Of a DNA stretch of 64,000 nucleotides, positions 1 to 9,435 are shown piece by piece (position 1 is the stretch's first letter; each line of letters begins with the position of its first letter). The notes under the pieces were generated by a model. That model was not told where the DNA came from, searched no databases, and was given only the letters and a program-made list of their open reading frames with translations. This DNA comes from Calditrichia bacterium (lineage in GTDB: Bacteria > Calditrichota > Calditrichia > JAJRVZ01): positions 256,001 through 320,000 of the forward strand of contig CAWCNS010000008.1 in the NCBI GenBank assembly GCA_963796965.1, given 5' to 3'. The position numbers and the translations under genes were made by a program.

Positions 1-1435
1 TATATTGATTTTTATGTTGTCCATATATTGGGCTTATATATATGAACCCATCATGACCATCCAACCCGGCTTTCACTTTGATAGAAGACATACCGCCAAT
101 CTTTACTTCATCGTCTATTAATGAATGATTTTTGGGGCAGGTAGCTTGTTTAATTTGCTGATTGCCATAAGGTGAAAGATTGAGCATCGATGTCTTTATA
201 GTGATGACACCGCCATTTTCAGTCATTGCATCAGCAGCGTTAACCATCAGATTTATAAAAACCTGTTGAATCTGATTGGCATCAACAGTAAGGTCATACA
301 GGTTATTATCTAGATCCATCACAACGTCGATTTGCTTCATTTTAAGCTGATTATTGACCACTTTTAAAGCTTTATTAATGATTTCATTCAAATTGGCATT
401 CTTTTTTTTCGGAATGGATTGACGTGCAAAATCAAGTAAACCCTTGACTATCTCACGACTTCGAAGCGTTTCCCTCACAATCACTTTTAGATCTTCCTGA
501 ACTTCGGGAGAGTTTTTCACTCTTTTTTGAAGAAAACTACTGTAAGTCAGAATGCCCGTCAGGGGATTGTTGATTTCATGTGCCACCCCTGCGGCAAGTC
601 TACCCAGGGAAGCCATCTTATCCGAATGGAAAATCTGTTGTCTTGCCTCACCCATTTTTCTGGTCATATTGTTAAAAGATTTGGCCAATAAGCCCAGTTC
701 ATCATCTGCCAAATTAGTGATCATATAATTCAAATTACCGGTAGCTACCTGTTTTGTTGCCTCCAAAAGCAAATTAACCGGTGTGTCCACCCACTTCTTA
801 ACAAAAATTCCAATTATAATACTGATCGCAAAAATAGCGATTACCGCAAATATACCTGCCCTCAATTTACTCCGGTATAATTGTTCGTCAACCTCCTTAA
901 GACAAAGTGTTACATCCAGAATCCCTAGTATGGTCTGGTCAGATGAATGGGCGTGACAGGAGGCTTCCCAGCAGGAAGGTTCATTTCGAATGGGATTTAT
1001 TACACCGATTGCCCTTAATGAATCATTGGCAGAAGAAAGAATACGAGTTCTTTTTTGAATGGGTAGCTGTTCTAAAGGATGATCTTCCTCATGACAGGCG
1101 TAACAACTTTCAACATTTCTATCAACCAACTCTCCTATTTCATTTTCGGTTGTAGAGTATTTAATTCTACCTTCTTTGTTCAGGATACGAATTTCACGTA
1201 AACAGGGATCTTCCGAAATATTTGATAAAGACTCCTGAATGTGATCTGGATGATAACTCAACATTTCGTGATGGATACTTTTTTTAAGCGTCTCACTCAG
1301 CTGGTTAGCGTGTCTTTCCATTTCCGTTAATAAAACCCTGCTCTGAGATTGAATATTAATATAGGTGTAAATTCCAATAATCGTCATAGCTGTCAATCCA
1401 ACTACAGATATCAATTTTAAACCGATTTTTTTCAT
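1..1435 (-). CDS. Membrane sensor histidine kinase (periplasmic heme-c-binding domain, HAMP, HisKA, HATPase); runs off the left edge and is absent from the ORF track
   Basis: Manual translation from ATG at 1435: MKKIGLKLISVVGLTAMTIIGIY (TM1), CYACH (1091-1105), CWEASCH (953-973), TM2 and HAMP, H-box GRLAAGVAHEINNPL, N-box QIQQVFINLMVNAADAM. Confidence 0.92.
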   Translation of the reverse strand, partial: MKKIGLKLISVVGLTAMTIIGIYTYINIQSQSRVLLTEMERHANQLSETLKKSIHHEMLSYHPDHIQESLSNISEDPCLREIRILNKEGRIKYSTTENEIGELVDRNVESCYACHEEDHPLEQLPIQKRTRILSSANDSLRAIGVINPIRNEPSCWEASCHAHSSDQTILGILDVTLCLKEVDEQLYRSKLRAGIFAVIAIFAISIIIGIFVKKWVDTPVNLLLEATKQVATGNLNYMITNLADDELGLLAKSFNNMTRKMGEARQQIFHSDKMASLGRLAAGVAHEINNPLTGILTYSSFLQKRVKNSPEVQEDLKVIVRETLRSREIVKGLLDFARQSIPKKKNANLNEIINKALKVVNNQLKMKQIDVVMDLDNNLYDLTVDANQIQQVFINLMVNAADAMTENGGVITIKTSMLNLSPYGNQQIKQATCPKNHSLIDDEVKIGGMSSIKVKAGLDGHDGFIYISPIYGQHKNQY

Positions 1436-1521
1436 AATTAATTGAACAATATTTAAAAGCATGTTGGATTACTCACTCACGATTTTGTATAAGTGCGTTT
1501 CAACGGCTATAATTCATATGT

Positions 1522-2673
1522 TTAGTATATTCTTTTTCCGGGCAGCTTCTCAGGGTAAGAGATATCTTCTTCATGACAATCTGCACAAGATGGCGAAGTC
1601 GCATAATTATTCTGGAGATGACAATCCGAACAGTCATTATCCAGATGGTTTTCATCCAATACAACACCGGTAATCCGGTGATTAAAATTTTCATTATTCC
1701 AATTTTTATGACATAGATTACATTGCCGGCTCACTTTTCCGATCGATTTCGTATTCTGATGACATTCACGACAGGAAATACTGATATGATATTTGTTCAA
1801 TTTCCAACCAGACCTTAACTGATGATCAAATCGCGCTTTTGCATTCGTAGCATGGCAGTGATTACACTTATCACCTGAATGACAATCCTCACATAACTTG
1901 TGATGTTCACTTTCACTTTTCTCCACCTTCAGCGCCTTTCCCGGAATCATCTGTTCGGCGAGTGTAGGTTTAGTCAGATCATGGCATTTACCACATCCTT
2001 CTTTTTGATGACAATCCACACATAAAAATCCAAAACGATTAATGTGCTCGTCGTGATAAAATGTTACAAACGTACCTTGATCAGAATTGGTCTCGTAAAG
2101 CACCTTCTCAGGCTCCGGAATTGGCGGATGACTTCTCCCCACGATATCGGTTGTATCCACATGGGTGACATCTCTAACCGAAGAACTCTTCAGGGCATGA
2201 CATACGGCACATTTGGTTGTATGACTCCATTCACGATGGCATCCCAGGCATTGACGGTGATAGGCTCCTTTGAGAGAAGGTTGGCTCAGATTTGTACGTT
2301 TTGGCGAATTTGAATGACATTGCTGACAACTAAGGATTGCTCCCTCCGGATTATAATGGTGACATAAACCACATCCCCCAGCCATATCAGCCATCTCAGC
2401 ATGCAATTTATGTGAGAAGACCACAGGGACATACATGTCAGAGAGTAAGTCTAATACGAGAACATGCGGCGTTTCCTCTTTCATTTGTTGGGAGGTCACA
2501 ACTTTGGTACGTGGGCAACTGCGAAGACAGGGATCTTTTTTTGTCGGTTGATTACAATAATGACATTTTTGACAATTCTCCTGATCATCCATTTCCGCAT
2601 GGTTTACATTTTGAGCAAAACTAAAATTTATGATCAAAACACTAATAATAAATATTAAGAGAGTAATTTTCAT
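1522..2673 (-). CDS. Periplasmic multiheme cytochrome c (cytochrome c3/HmcA-like, 13 CxxCH motifs)
   Basis: Signal peptide; 13 CxxCH motifs counted; class III motifs VVFSHKLH, LKGAYHRQCLGCH, VTFYHDEH. Confidence 0.93.
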   Translation of the reverse strand: MKITLLIFIISVLIINFSFAQNVNHAEMDDQENCQKCHYCNQPTKKDPCLRSCPRTKVVTSQQMKEETPHVLVLDLLSDMYVPVVFSHKLHAEMADMAGGCGLCHHYNPEGAILSCQQCHSNSPKRTNLSQPSLKGAYHRQCLGCHREWSHTTKCAVCHALKSSSVRDVTHVDTTDIVGRSHPPIPEPEKVLYETNSDQGTFVTFYHDEHINRFGFLCVDCHQKEGCGKCHDLTKPTLAEQMIPGKALKVEKSESEHHKLCEDCHSGDKCNHCHATNAKARFDHQLRSGWKLNKYHISISCRECHQNTKSIGKVSRQCNLCHKNWNNENFNHRITGVVLDENHLDNDCSDCHLQNNYATSPSCADCHEEDISYPEKLPGKRIY

Positions 2674-3932
2674 TCTGATCCACCTCTGATTGCATATTTT
2701 GTTTTCGGAAACAGAGACCTATCCGGAATACTGATAATAGGAAATATTTTAACAAACAGCCGATACAACAGGACCTCAATCGCGATAAAACCAAGCGTAA
2801 CTGATATTTCACCTATTGTCGGAAAATAACTCTTCATTGCATAGGGTGGCGTATAGGCGATAAGAAAAACATTGAGTCGGTTTAAGGCAACACCGATAAT
2901 TACCAATATGGAGCCTGTGAACAACCAGCCGGGTGTTTTTACGGCTTTTTCTGAAAAAAATATGCGAATTGGAATAATCACACCTACCAGGAGTTCGATA
3001 ACAAACATAATGCTTTGCAGATTGAGTTGCCCTAAATAGACAAATGTCTCCCTTATGAACATATCTCCAATCTTAAATGCCAGATAAATACCCAGCAACG
3101 CGCCAACCATTCGCCCTAACGAAGGGAGTACATCCATTTCCGGCTTCAGGTTAAAAGAACGTGAGGCAATAAGAGACTCCATAATTACCATTGGAAATCC
3201 GACGGATATTGCTGACAGTAGAAAAAGGAGGGGTAATACCGGTGTTTGCCATAAGGGATGCATTTTTGCCCCGGCAATTACCATCAAGGTTCCTAATGAG
3301 GATTGATGCAAACAGGACAGAACGACACCAAGGATAATAAAAATAAACATAACTTTGCCAAGTCCTTTATCCATAATCCTTAAAATCCGGTCGGCAAAAT
3401 TATTTAAAGCCGATAAAAAACCAGGCAATTTAACCTTACCGATAAAGCGTTCCGTAACCAATGGTAGAAATTCGATATATAGAACTGTTACATAGGCCAT
3501 AATACACATACCGACCTCAAACAACGCTGAATTACCATTCCACATACTCGGCAACATGGGGTGCCATACAGAATAATACCGTCCAAGATCTATACAGACA
3601 CTCAAACCGGCAAAGGTATAGCCGAGCATAGCAGTAAGTAAGGCTGGTCGCACGACTACTTCATATTTTTCCTTATGCATAATATGGCCAAGTGCAGCAG
3701 TGGTAAATCCACCAGCAGCTAAGGCAACACCGGCGGCAACATCTATGGCAATCCAGATACCCCACGGATGTTGATTATCCAGGTTAGTCACTTCACCAAG
3801 TCCAAATAAAAAACGTATAGCGAGAAAGATCAGCCCATTGATTGCCAGAATAATCAGAATGAGCACACCTGGTGTAAAAAATCTTTTTGTCATGGGTGAA
3901 GGCTTAACATAATGCTCCATCATATAATTCAC
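2670..3932 (-). CDS. hybB: NrfD/HybB/HmcC-family integral membrane quinone-interacting subunit
   Basis: PWGIWIAIDV, DLGR, SALFEVGMC and LSCLHQSSLG motifs; about 10 TM helices; overlaps both neighbours by 4 bp. Confidence 0.9.
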   Translation of the reverse strand: MNYMMEHYVKPSPMTKRFFTPGVLILIILAINGLIFLAIRFLFGLGEVTNLDNQHPWGIWIAIDVAAGVALAAGGFTTAALGHIMHKEKYEVVVRPALLTAMLGYTFAGLSVCIDLGRYYSVWHPMLPSMWNGNSALFEVGMCIMAYVTVLYIEFLPLVTERFIGKVKLPGFLSALNNFADRILRIMDKGLGKVMFIFIILGVVLSCLHQSSLGTLMVIAGAKMHPLWQTPVLPLLFLLSAISVGFPMVIMESLIASRSFNLKPEMDVLPSLGRMVGALLGIYLAFKIGDMFIRETFVYLGQLNLQSIMFVIELLVGVIIPIRIFFSEKAVKTPGWLFTGSILVIIGVALNRLNVFLIAYTPPYAMKSYFPTIGEISVTLGFIAIEVLLYRLFVKIFPIISIPDRSLFPKTKYAIRGGSE

Positions 3933-4819
3933 TCCTCTTCACTATTTGACTTATTCCGGTTCATCCACATCACCCCACCTAATACGGCGTAGAAAGCAAC
4001 CGGAGGAACGAAATAAGCAAATACGCCGTGCTGAATCGCTTCCGATACACCCGGTGCAGGTTGTGTATTTAGTTTTGGGAAGTCAAGTTTCTGGAAATTC
4101 TGTCCGGCCAGGTACATCCAGGACGTGCCGCCAACTTCATGTTCACCATAGATATGATCGATATATCTCTCTGGGCTTGTGTGAATTTTTTCCCGGGCTA
4201 AGCGGATAAGATCTGAGCGGGAACCGAATGTCAATGCATCAACAGGACATATTTCTACACAAGCAGGAAGTTTATCCTCATTTTGACGATCTATGCACCA
4301 ATCACATTTAACCACCCTTGCCTCGACCGCTTTGTCGTATTCATAGGCCGGTATTTGAAATGGACAGGCAACCATACAGTAACGACATCCGATGCATTTG
4401 CTCTCATCCCAGATAACAGCACCATTCTCCTCCTTGGTAAAGGCACCGACAATGCAGGCAGAAAGACAAGCGGGTTGATCACAGTGCATACATTGTACTT
4501 TGACTGTAGCCGGCTCTTCATTTTGCTCCTGCTTATAAGCGTTGACGACAGTCAGATTTATCTCATCCGGACGCCTCATTTGATCAAAGACTGATTTATC
4601 TTCAAAATCATTAGCAGATCCAGCCGGGATATCGTGTGCAATTTTACAGGCATATTCACATTTGCGGCAACCAATACATTCTGTGGTATCTACGAGCACT
4701 CCTCGGCGGTCCTCCGAAAGAATGTTCTTTGGTCCTGCCTTCGCGGGTTTCGCCACAGCGACAGAAGATGCTATTAAAGCAGCAGATTTAAAAAAATCAC
4801 GACGACTCTGTTTTCCCAT
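3929..4819 (-). CDS. hybA: Tat-exported 4Fe-4S dicluster electron-transfer subunit (HybA/HmcB/NrfC-like)
   Basis: Probable start MGKQSRRDFFK (twin-Arg, GAGG RBS); CIGCRKC, CMHC..PAC..AC, CIGCRYC, KCDWC..PACVEICP; C-terminal TM anchor. Confidence 0.9.
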   Translation of the reverse strand: MGKQSRRDFFKSAALIASSVAVAKPAKAGPKNILSEDRRGVLVDTTECIGCRKCEYACKIAHDIPAGSANDFEDKSVFDQMRRPDEINLTVVNAYKQEQNEEPATVKVQCMHCDQPACLSACIVGAFTKEENGAVIWDESKCIGCRYCMVACPFQIPAYEYDKAVEARVVKCDWCIDRQNEDKLPACVEICPVDALTFGSRSDLIRLAREKIHTSPERYIDHIYGEHEVGGTSWMYLAGQNFQKLDFPKLNTQPAPGVSEAIQHGVFAYFVPPVAFYAVLGGVMWMNRNKSNSEEE

Positions 4820-5036
4820 AAAAACCTCATTAGTTGATTCGAAATCGGGGAATCCTATTAAACTGTTTTTATTGTTACAACGGAAACAAATTAGTCCAAT
4901 CAATGCTAAATCCAAATTAAATCCGCATTCAAGATGTGATTGAGAAAGACCGGCAAGTGAAAATAATCGACCAGAAAATAAATAATGTGTTTATCCGTGC
5001 ATTCAATCCACCTGGTATTCTTTTCCGCTATTTATT

Positions 5037-5053
5037 ATGCAAAAACAAGACCA
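5037..5053 (-). promoter_or_regulatory. Sigma-54 (-24/-12) promoter for the hybA-hybB-cytochrome operon
   Basis: Minus strand reads TGGTCTTGTTTTTGCAT (GG-N10-GC spacing); a sigma-54 activator gene lies nearby. Confidence 0.7.
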
Positions 5054-5151
5054 CAATTGTATACTATTTACAACCTATTTATATTATATGATTTAGGAGA
5101 TGTTCTCTAAATTAGTCAACATTGCATATCGTACAAGAATAAGCGCAAGGT

Positions 5152-5171
5152 ATATTGCAATAATGCAATAT
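5152..5171. promoter_or_regulatory. Palindromic upstream activator site ATATTGCA-N4-TGCAATAT
   Basis: Perfect 8-bp inverted repeat about 100 bp upstream of the sigma-54 promoter. Confidence 0.65.
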
Positions 5172-5209
5172 CAAATTTTTCAATGAAATGCAATTCCTTT
5201 CCGATTTAG

Positions 5210-5968
5210 CTCAGTAATCCGTGGAAGTATTGCCCTCGCAGTTTGCAAGATATTCTACCCTATTTAATTTTTGACTCATCATTTTATAACAGTAATTTAT
5301 AGTATCCACATCAGGCCTTTGCACCCATTCCTCAGTAGATAGGTTGAATTGGAACAGATAAATAAGCAACCTGTGGATCAAGTATTTTCAAAAAATCCGC
5401 AAATTCCCTGAATTTCTTTCTCACTTGTATTAATATCTTTAATCAACATTGTCTCTGTTACCAGCAAACCTTTGTACATTTTTGAAAATTCAACCATACC
5501 AGTCAAAATCTCCGGTAACCGAAGAATTTCATGAGGTCGGTTGAGTTTATGCCAGGTTTGCTCATTGACACTATCTAATTTTAAAGATACATAGTCAGCC
5601 TTGATCAAATCTTGTTTAACCCATTCATCCTTCAATAAGGAGCCGTTCGTAATCACGGCAATCTTTGTACCCAGAAATCTGATTAAATCAATTGTATCAC
5701 CCAGATTTATATCTAAAGTGGATTCACCACATGGCATAAAAGTAAAATAGTCAATCGTTTTATTCTGTTTTCTCACTTTGATTACCAGACTTTGCAATTC
5801 ACTGAATATATCTTCCGGCTTATAATAACCTTTTCTCCTGGTCGTTTTTCTGGTTGTCCGGCTAGCCTTGCAATAAACACATGAATAGGAGCATTTATTT
5901 GACGGAATATTTTTGATACCAATAATATGTCCCAACCTTTTTGAGGTAACAGGACCAAATACGATCAT
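5210..5968 (-). CDS. Radical SAM protein (GPVxSxRLG family); C-terminus continues past the 5378 stop through frameshift(s)
   Basis: FGPVTSKRLG, CSYSCVYC, GESTL, VITNGSLL; shifted frames continue PQVAYLSVP..EEWVQRPD..RVEYL. Confidence 0.82.
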
Positions 5969-6055
5969 TCTGGGCCTCTGATAATAATTTAAACCTCATA
6001 CCATGGCACAAGGTATAATCTGCATATACTTTTATGGAGATATAACAGGTAGAGG

Positions 6056-6072
6056 AATCAAATATCAGGCCA
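6056..6072 (-). promoter_or_regulatory. Possible sigma-54 promoter for the radical SAM gene
   Basis: Minus strand reads TGGCCTGATATTTGAT (GG-N10-GA variant). Confidence 0.45.
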
Positions 6073-6134
6073 AAAAAAAGAGAGAGGTAATTTCCTTAGA
6101 AATAAGTATTTAGGTAGATTGATGTCAAATGAAA

Positions 6135-6185
6135 ATATTGCTTTAGTGCAATTTTATCAAAGTTATTAATGCAAAGGTGCAAGAT
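6135..6185. promoter_or_regulatory. Two tandem TGC(A/T)-N4-TGCA activator-like sites
   Basis: ATATTGCT-TTAG-TGCAATTT (6135-6154) and TTAATGCA-AAGG-TGCAAGAT (6166-6185), 31 bp apart, both matching the 5152 palindrome. Confidence 0.55.
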
Positions 6186-6193
6186 ATTTACCA

Positions 6194-7906
6194 CTAAATC
6201 AACTTGAACTTTTTCATTTTTCGCCAAAGTGTAGAGGTATCGATTCCCAGTTCTTTTGCGGTTTTGTTTCTATTTCCGTCATGTTTATCAAGAGTAGATT
6301 GGATGAGCAGTTTTTCTGTATTCTTAAGGGAATCGGCAATTCGGGGTGAAAGATCTCTTGTATCAGGAGCTGGCCCCCTGTTTAACAGCCACTCAGGCAA
6401 ATGTCGGGGTTCAATGACTTCACCATGACAAAGGATAAATGCATGTTCCAGGACATTCTCCAACTCACGAACATTACCGGGCCATTGATGATTTTTTAGA
6501 TGAATGAGGGCATCCGGAGAGATGGTTTGAATACTTTTTTTAAATTTCAAACTCAATTTTTCAAGGATATGATCAAGCAGTAAAGGCAAATCATCCAGAC
6601 GCTGGCGTAAGGGTGGCAAATGTATGTTAAAGACATTTATACGATAGTAAAAATCTTCCCGAAATGTGTGATTTTTTATTTCATCTTCAAGAACTTTATT
6701 TGTTGCACAGATGAGTCGAATATTCATATTAATACTTTTTGTTCCGCCTACTCTTTCAAACCTTCTGGTTTCCAGAACACGCAATAACTTGACCTGGACA
6801 GGCAAAGAGATATCCCCTATTTCGTCTAAAAACAGGGTACCTTCTTGCGCTAACTCCAAATGACCGGGTTTGGTTCTTACTGCACCTGTAAAAGCACCGC
6901 GTTCATGACCAAAAAGTTCACTTTCAAGTAGGGTTTCCGCAAATGCGCTACAATTTACGACAGCAAATGGCTTATTCTTTCTATCGCTATTTAAATGTAT
7001 TGCCCGGGCTACAACTTCTTTTCCGGTGCCACTCTCACCTGTTATCAAGACGGTGCTGTCTGATTGGGCAACGTTTTCTAACTTTACATAAACTTTTTGC
7101 ATTTCCTTGCTATGGCCAATTAAATTTTCAAATCGGTATCTTTCCTGTAAGTGTGTTCGCAGGTTGGCAAGTTCTGAAATATCACGAAATGTTTCGACAC
7201 CCCCAAAATACTCTTGATTCGCATTAAACAAGGGGGCAGAATTCACCCGGATAGGTACCTGTTTACCATCCTTGTTCGTAATAAGCAGTTCATTATCAAC
7301 TGATCGTTTATGCTTGTGGATTGTATACTCCATATGACATCCGTTTTGACATAATCTGGATTGAAATACATCCCAGCATTTTTTACCTATTGCCTCATTT
7401 CTGTTATACCCCGTAATACCTTCCGCGGCATGATTAAATGACGTAATAGTCCAGTCATGATCGATGGTAAATGTTCCTTCAATTCTGCTATCAAAAATGG
7501 CTTCGAGCATGTTTTTTCTACTCTCGCTCTCAAAATCTTTTTGATGAAGAGATTCGATTAAACCAAGCATTTCAGCAGTATCGCGAAAAATCAGGACAAC
7601 ACTTGAGATAGAGTTGTCGGACTTTTTTATTGGTGTCAAGGAGGTGAAGACTTGTTTTTGTGTTTGGTCGGCCGTAGTTATCTGAAGCGAGAGATTGATT
7701 TTAGGTTTCCCTGATGTAAAACAGTCTACAAGGTATTTCATATCCTTATTGTTATTTTCGAACAGGGTATCAATACTTTTTCCGAATACATCTTTCTCAT
7801 TATATCCCGTAATTCTCTCCGCAGATTTACTAAAAGCTACAATATTAAAATCCTGTCCGATAACCACGGTGCCATCAGGTTCACCTAAATATTTATCTTT
7901 TTCCAT
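6194..7906 (-). CDS. PAS-PAS sigma-54 dependent transcriptional activator (bEBP, Fis HTH)
   Basis: GESGTGKE, ESELFGHERGAFTGA, LFLDEIGD, FREDFYYR, WPGNVREL, C-terminal HTH; two PAS domains. Confidence 0.96.
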   Translation of the reverse strand: MEKDKYLGEPDGTVVIGQDFNIVAFSKSAERITGYNEKDVFGKSIDTLFENNNKDMKYLVDCFTSGKPKINLSLQITTADQTQKQVFTSLTPIKKSDNSISSVVLIFRDTAEMLGLIESLHQKDFESESRKNMLEAIFDSRIEGTFTIDHDWTITSFNHAAEGITGYNRNEAIGKKCWDVFQSRLCQNGCHMEYTIHKHKRSVDNELLITNKDGKQVPIRVNSAPLFNANQEYFGGVETFRDISELANLRTHLQERYRFENLIGHSKEMQKVYVKLENVAQSDSTVLITGESGTGKEVVARAIHLNSDRKNKPFAVVNCSAFAETLLESELFGHERGAFTGAVRTKPGHLELAQEGTLFLDEIGDISLPVQVKLLRVLETRRFERVGGTKSINMNIRLICATNKVLEDEIKNHTFREDFYYRINVFNIHLPPLRQRLDDLPLLLDHILEKLSLKFKKSIQTISPDALIHLKNHQWPGNVRELENVLEHAFILCHGEVIEPRHLPEWLLNRGPAPDTRDLSPRIADSLKNTEKLLIQSTLDKHDGNRNKTAKELGIDTSTLWRKMKKFKLI

Positions 7907-8496
7907 GCGTCACGAATCCATTAATAATTTTCAAAACTTAGATAAAATAAGTATCGCTTAATATATTTGATCTGGAGAGAATTAGCAAATGATATAAATT
8001 GAAAACTTAGAGCAGTAAAAACGGTGTTAGAATTTTTATCAAATTTCTCTGGTAATCCGTTGAAAACAAGAAATTGTATGATAAATTTATGAGGACTATA
8101 TAAGTATTATTAGTTCATATAGAAGATATTATTAAGGCAAGTATACATCAAAGAAATCGGGACGCCCTTCATTCCGCAAATATAGAATATAACGATTTAT
8201 TTTCTTTAGAAGTCTTACGGCAATATTTAAATTTACTGAAAACAGCTACTAACATGTTAAAGTTAAGGATAACAATGCTAGATCCGTCTTCTATGAGACA
8301 GAAAAATGACAATCCCTTGTGATTATATGATCTTTATTCAGGGCAATACTATCACCCGCAAATTGCATGTTCCATTCCCGGTATGTGATAGTGTTATATA
8401 AAAACAATATCAGCCAGATCTAAATTCGGGGTCAATCAAAATATGATATAATATTTATTGCTATGAAGTCACTTAGCAGCAGAAATATTTGTATTT

Positions 8497-8712
8497 TCAG
8501 CCTTCGTTCAATGCCACTTCTTGTGCCTGCAAACCCTTGTCGGTTTCACTGACGACAAAGGTAACTTTTTGTCCTTCTTCAAGTTTTCTAAATTCATCGC
8601 CCTGAATAGAACTGTAATGGACGAATACGTCATTTCCTTCATCACGTTTGATAAATCCAAATCCCTTTTTAACATCAAACCATTTGACAACGCCTGTCTC
8701 GCGTTCAGACAT
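8497..8712 (-). CDS. Cold-shock protein (CspA family)
   Basis: [13 protein letters not shown] (RNP1) and DVFVHYS (RNP2); GGAGG RBS. Confidence 0.97.
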   Translation of the reverse strand: MSERETGVVKWFDVKKGFGFIKRDEGNDVFVHYSSIQGDEFRKLEEGQKVTFVVSETDKGLQAQEVALNEG

Positions 8713-8822
8713 GATAAAAATCCTCCAAATTACTGATTAAAAATAAAAAGATGATCATAGTCGTATCCGATCATCAGGTGATGATTTACTAAAAAACAAC
8801 CAATATGGAAATACCTTTCACA

Positions 8823-9218
8823 TTAGACTTCAATAATTACCTGATCCGGGACATACCCATCACAGAAGTTTATGAGAATTTGGACAAACTTCCCCTCCTC
8901 AAAGACAATTCGCATAGCAGCGTTATAAAACTTTAAAGCATCCTGGAGTTTCTCACTCATCGGAGGGAGTTGATTACTACTGGTTGAAATAATAAGGCAG
9001 AGAAGACAGCCGGCTGACTGCTCTTTCAGGGAGATATCGATAACACCTTCGTTAATTTGACTTAAATAATTTATCAAATAATTAAATATTTTAATTAACG
9101 GTTTGGGATCACCGGCATCTATCGTGCAGGTTTGATCAATATTCAGATTGGACCTGATGTCTTTATTTTCGGTAACATACTTGAGTAAATTACCGATTTC
9201 AATTGGTGAAACTGTCAT
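8823..9218 (-). CDS. Hypothetical protein, possibly a degenerate stand-alone HATPase-like fold
   Basis: Probable start MTVSPIEIG; AGDPKPLIKIFNYLINY..GVIDISL resembles the GHKL N-box region, with no G boxes. Confidence 0.55.
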   Translation of the reverse strand: MTVSPIEIGNLLKYVTENKDIRSNLNIDQTCTIDAGDPKPLIKIFNYLINYLSQINEGVIDISLKEQSAGCLLCLIISTSSNQLPPMSEKLQDALKFYNAAMRIVFEEGKFVQILINFCDGYVPDQVIIEV

Positions 9219-9435
9219 TCGTTTATTCTCGTAACAATAAAAATACAAGATCGGTTTTAGTACCGGTCAGATTAGAACACCGATGGCATCTTATGATTTA
9301 TGATTTATGAATGATAGTTTTATCAAGTATTAAGCACCAACTATGATGAATATAATCGAAAGATGGATGTTTCGCAACAAAGAAATTAATTTTAGGTTAA
9401 TTCTTTTTATTTTTTAGCATTTTGGGAATTTGTGA

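Noticed and set aside
907..1155. Short + strand ORFs here and throughout the window
   Set aside because: They are antisense shadows of well-supported minus-strand genes, here the histidine kinase.
2670..4819. Complete [NiFe]-hydrogenase-2 operon
   Set aside because: No small or large hydrogenase subunit or maturation genes in the window.
4820..4915. Extended N-terminus of HybA given by the ORF track (TTG at 4915)
   Set aside because: The twin-Arg signal and GAGG RBS place the start at 4819.
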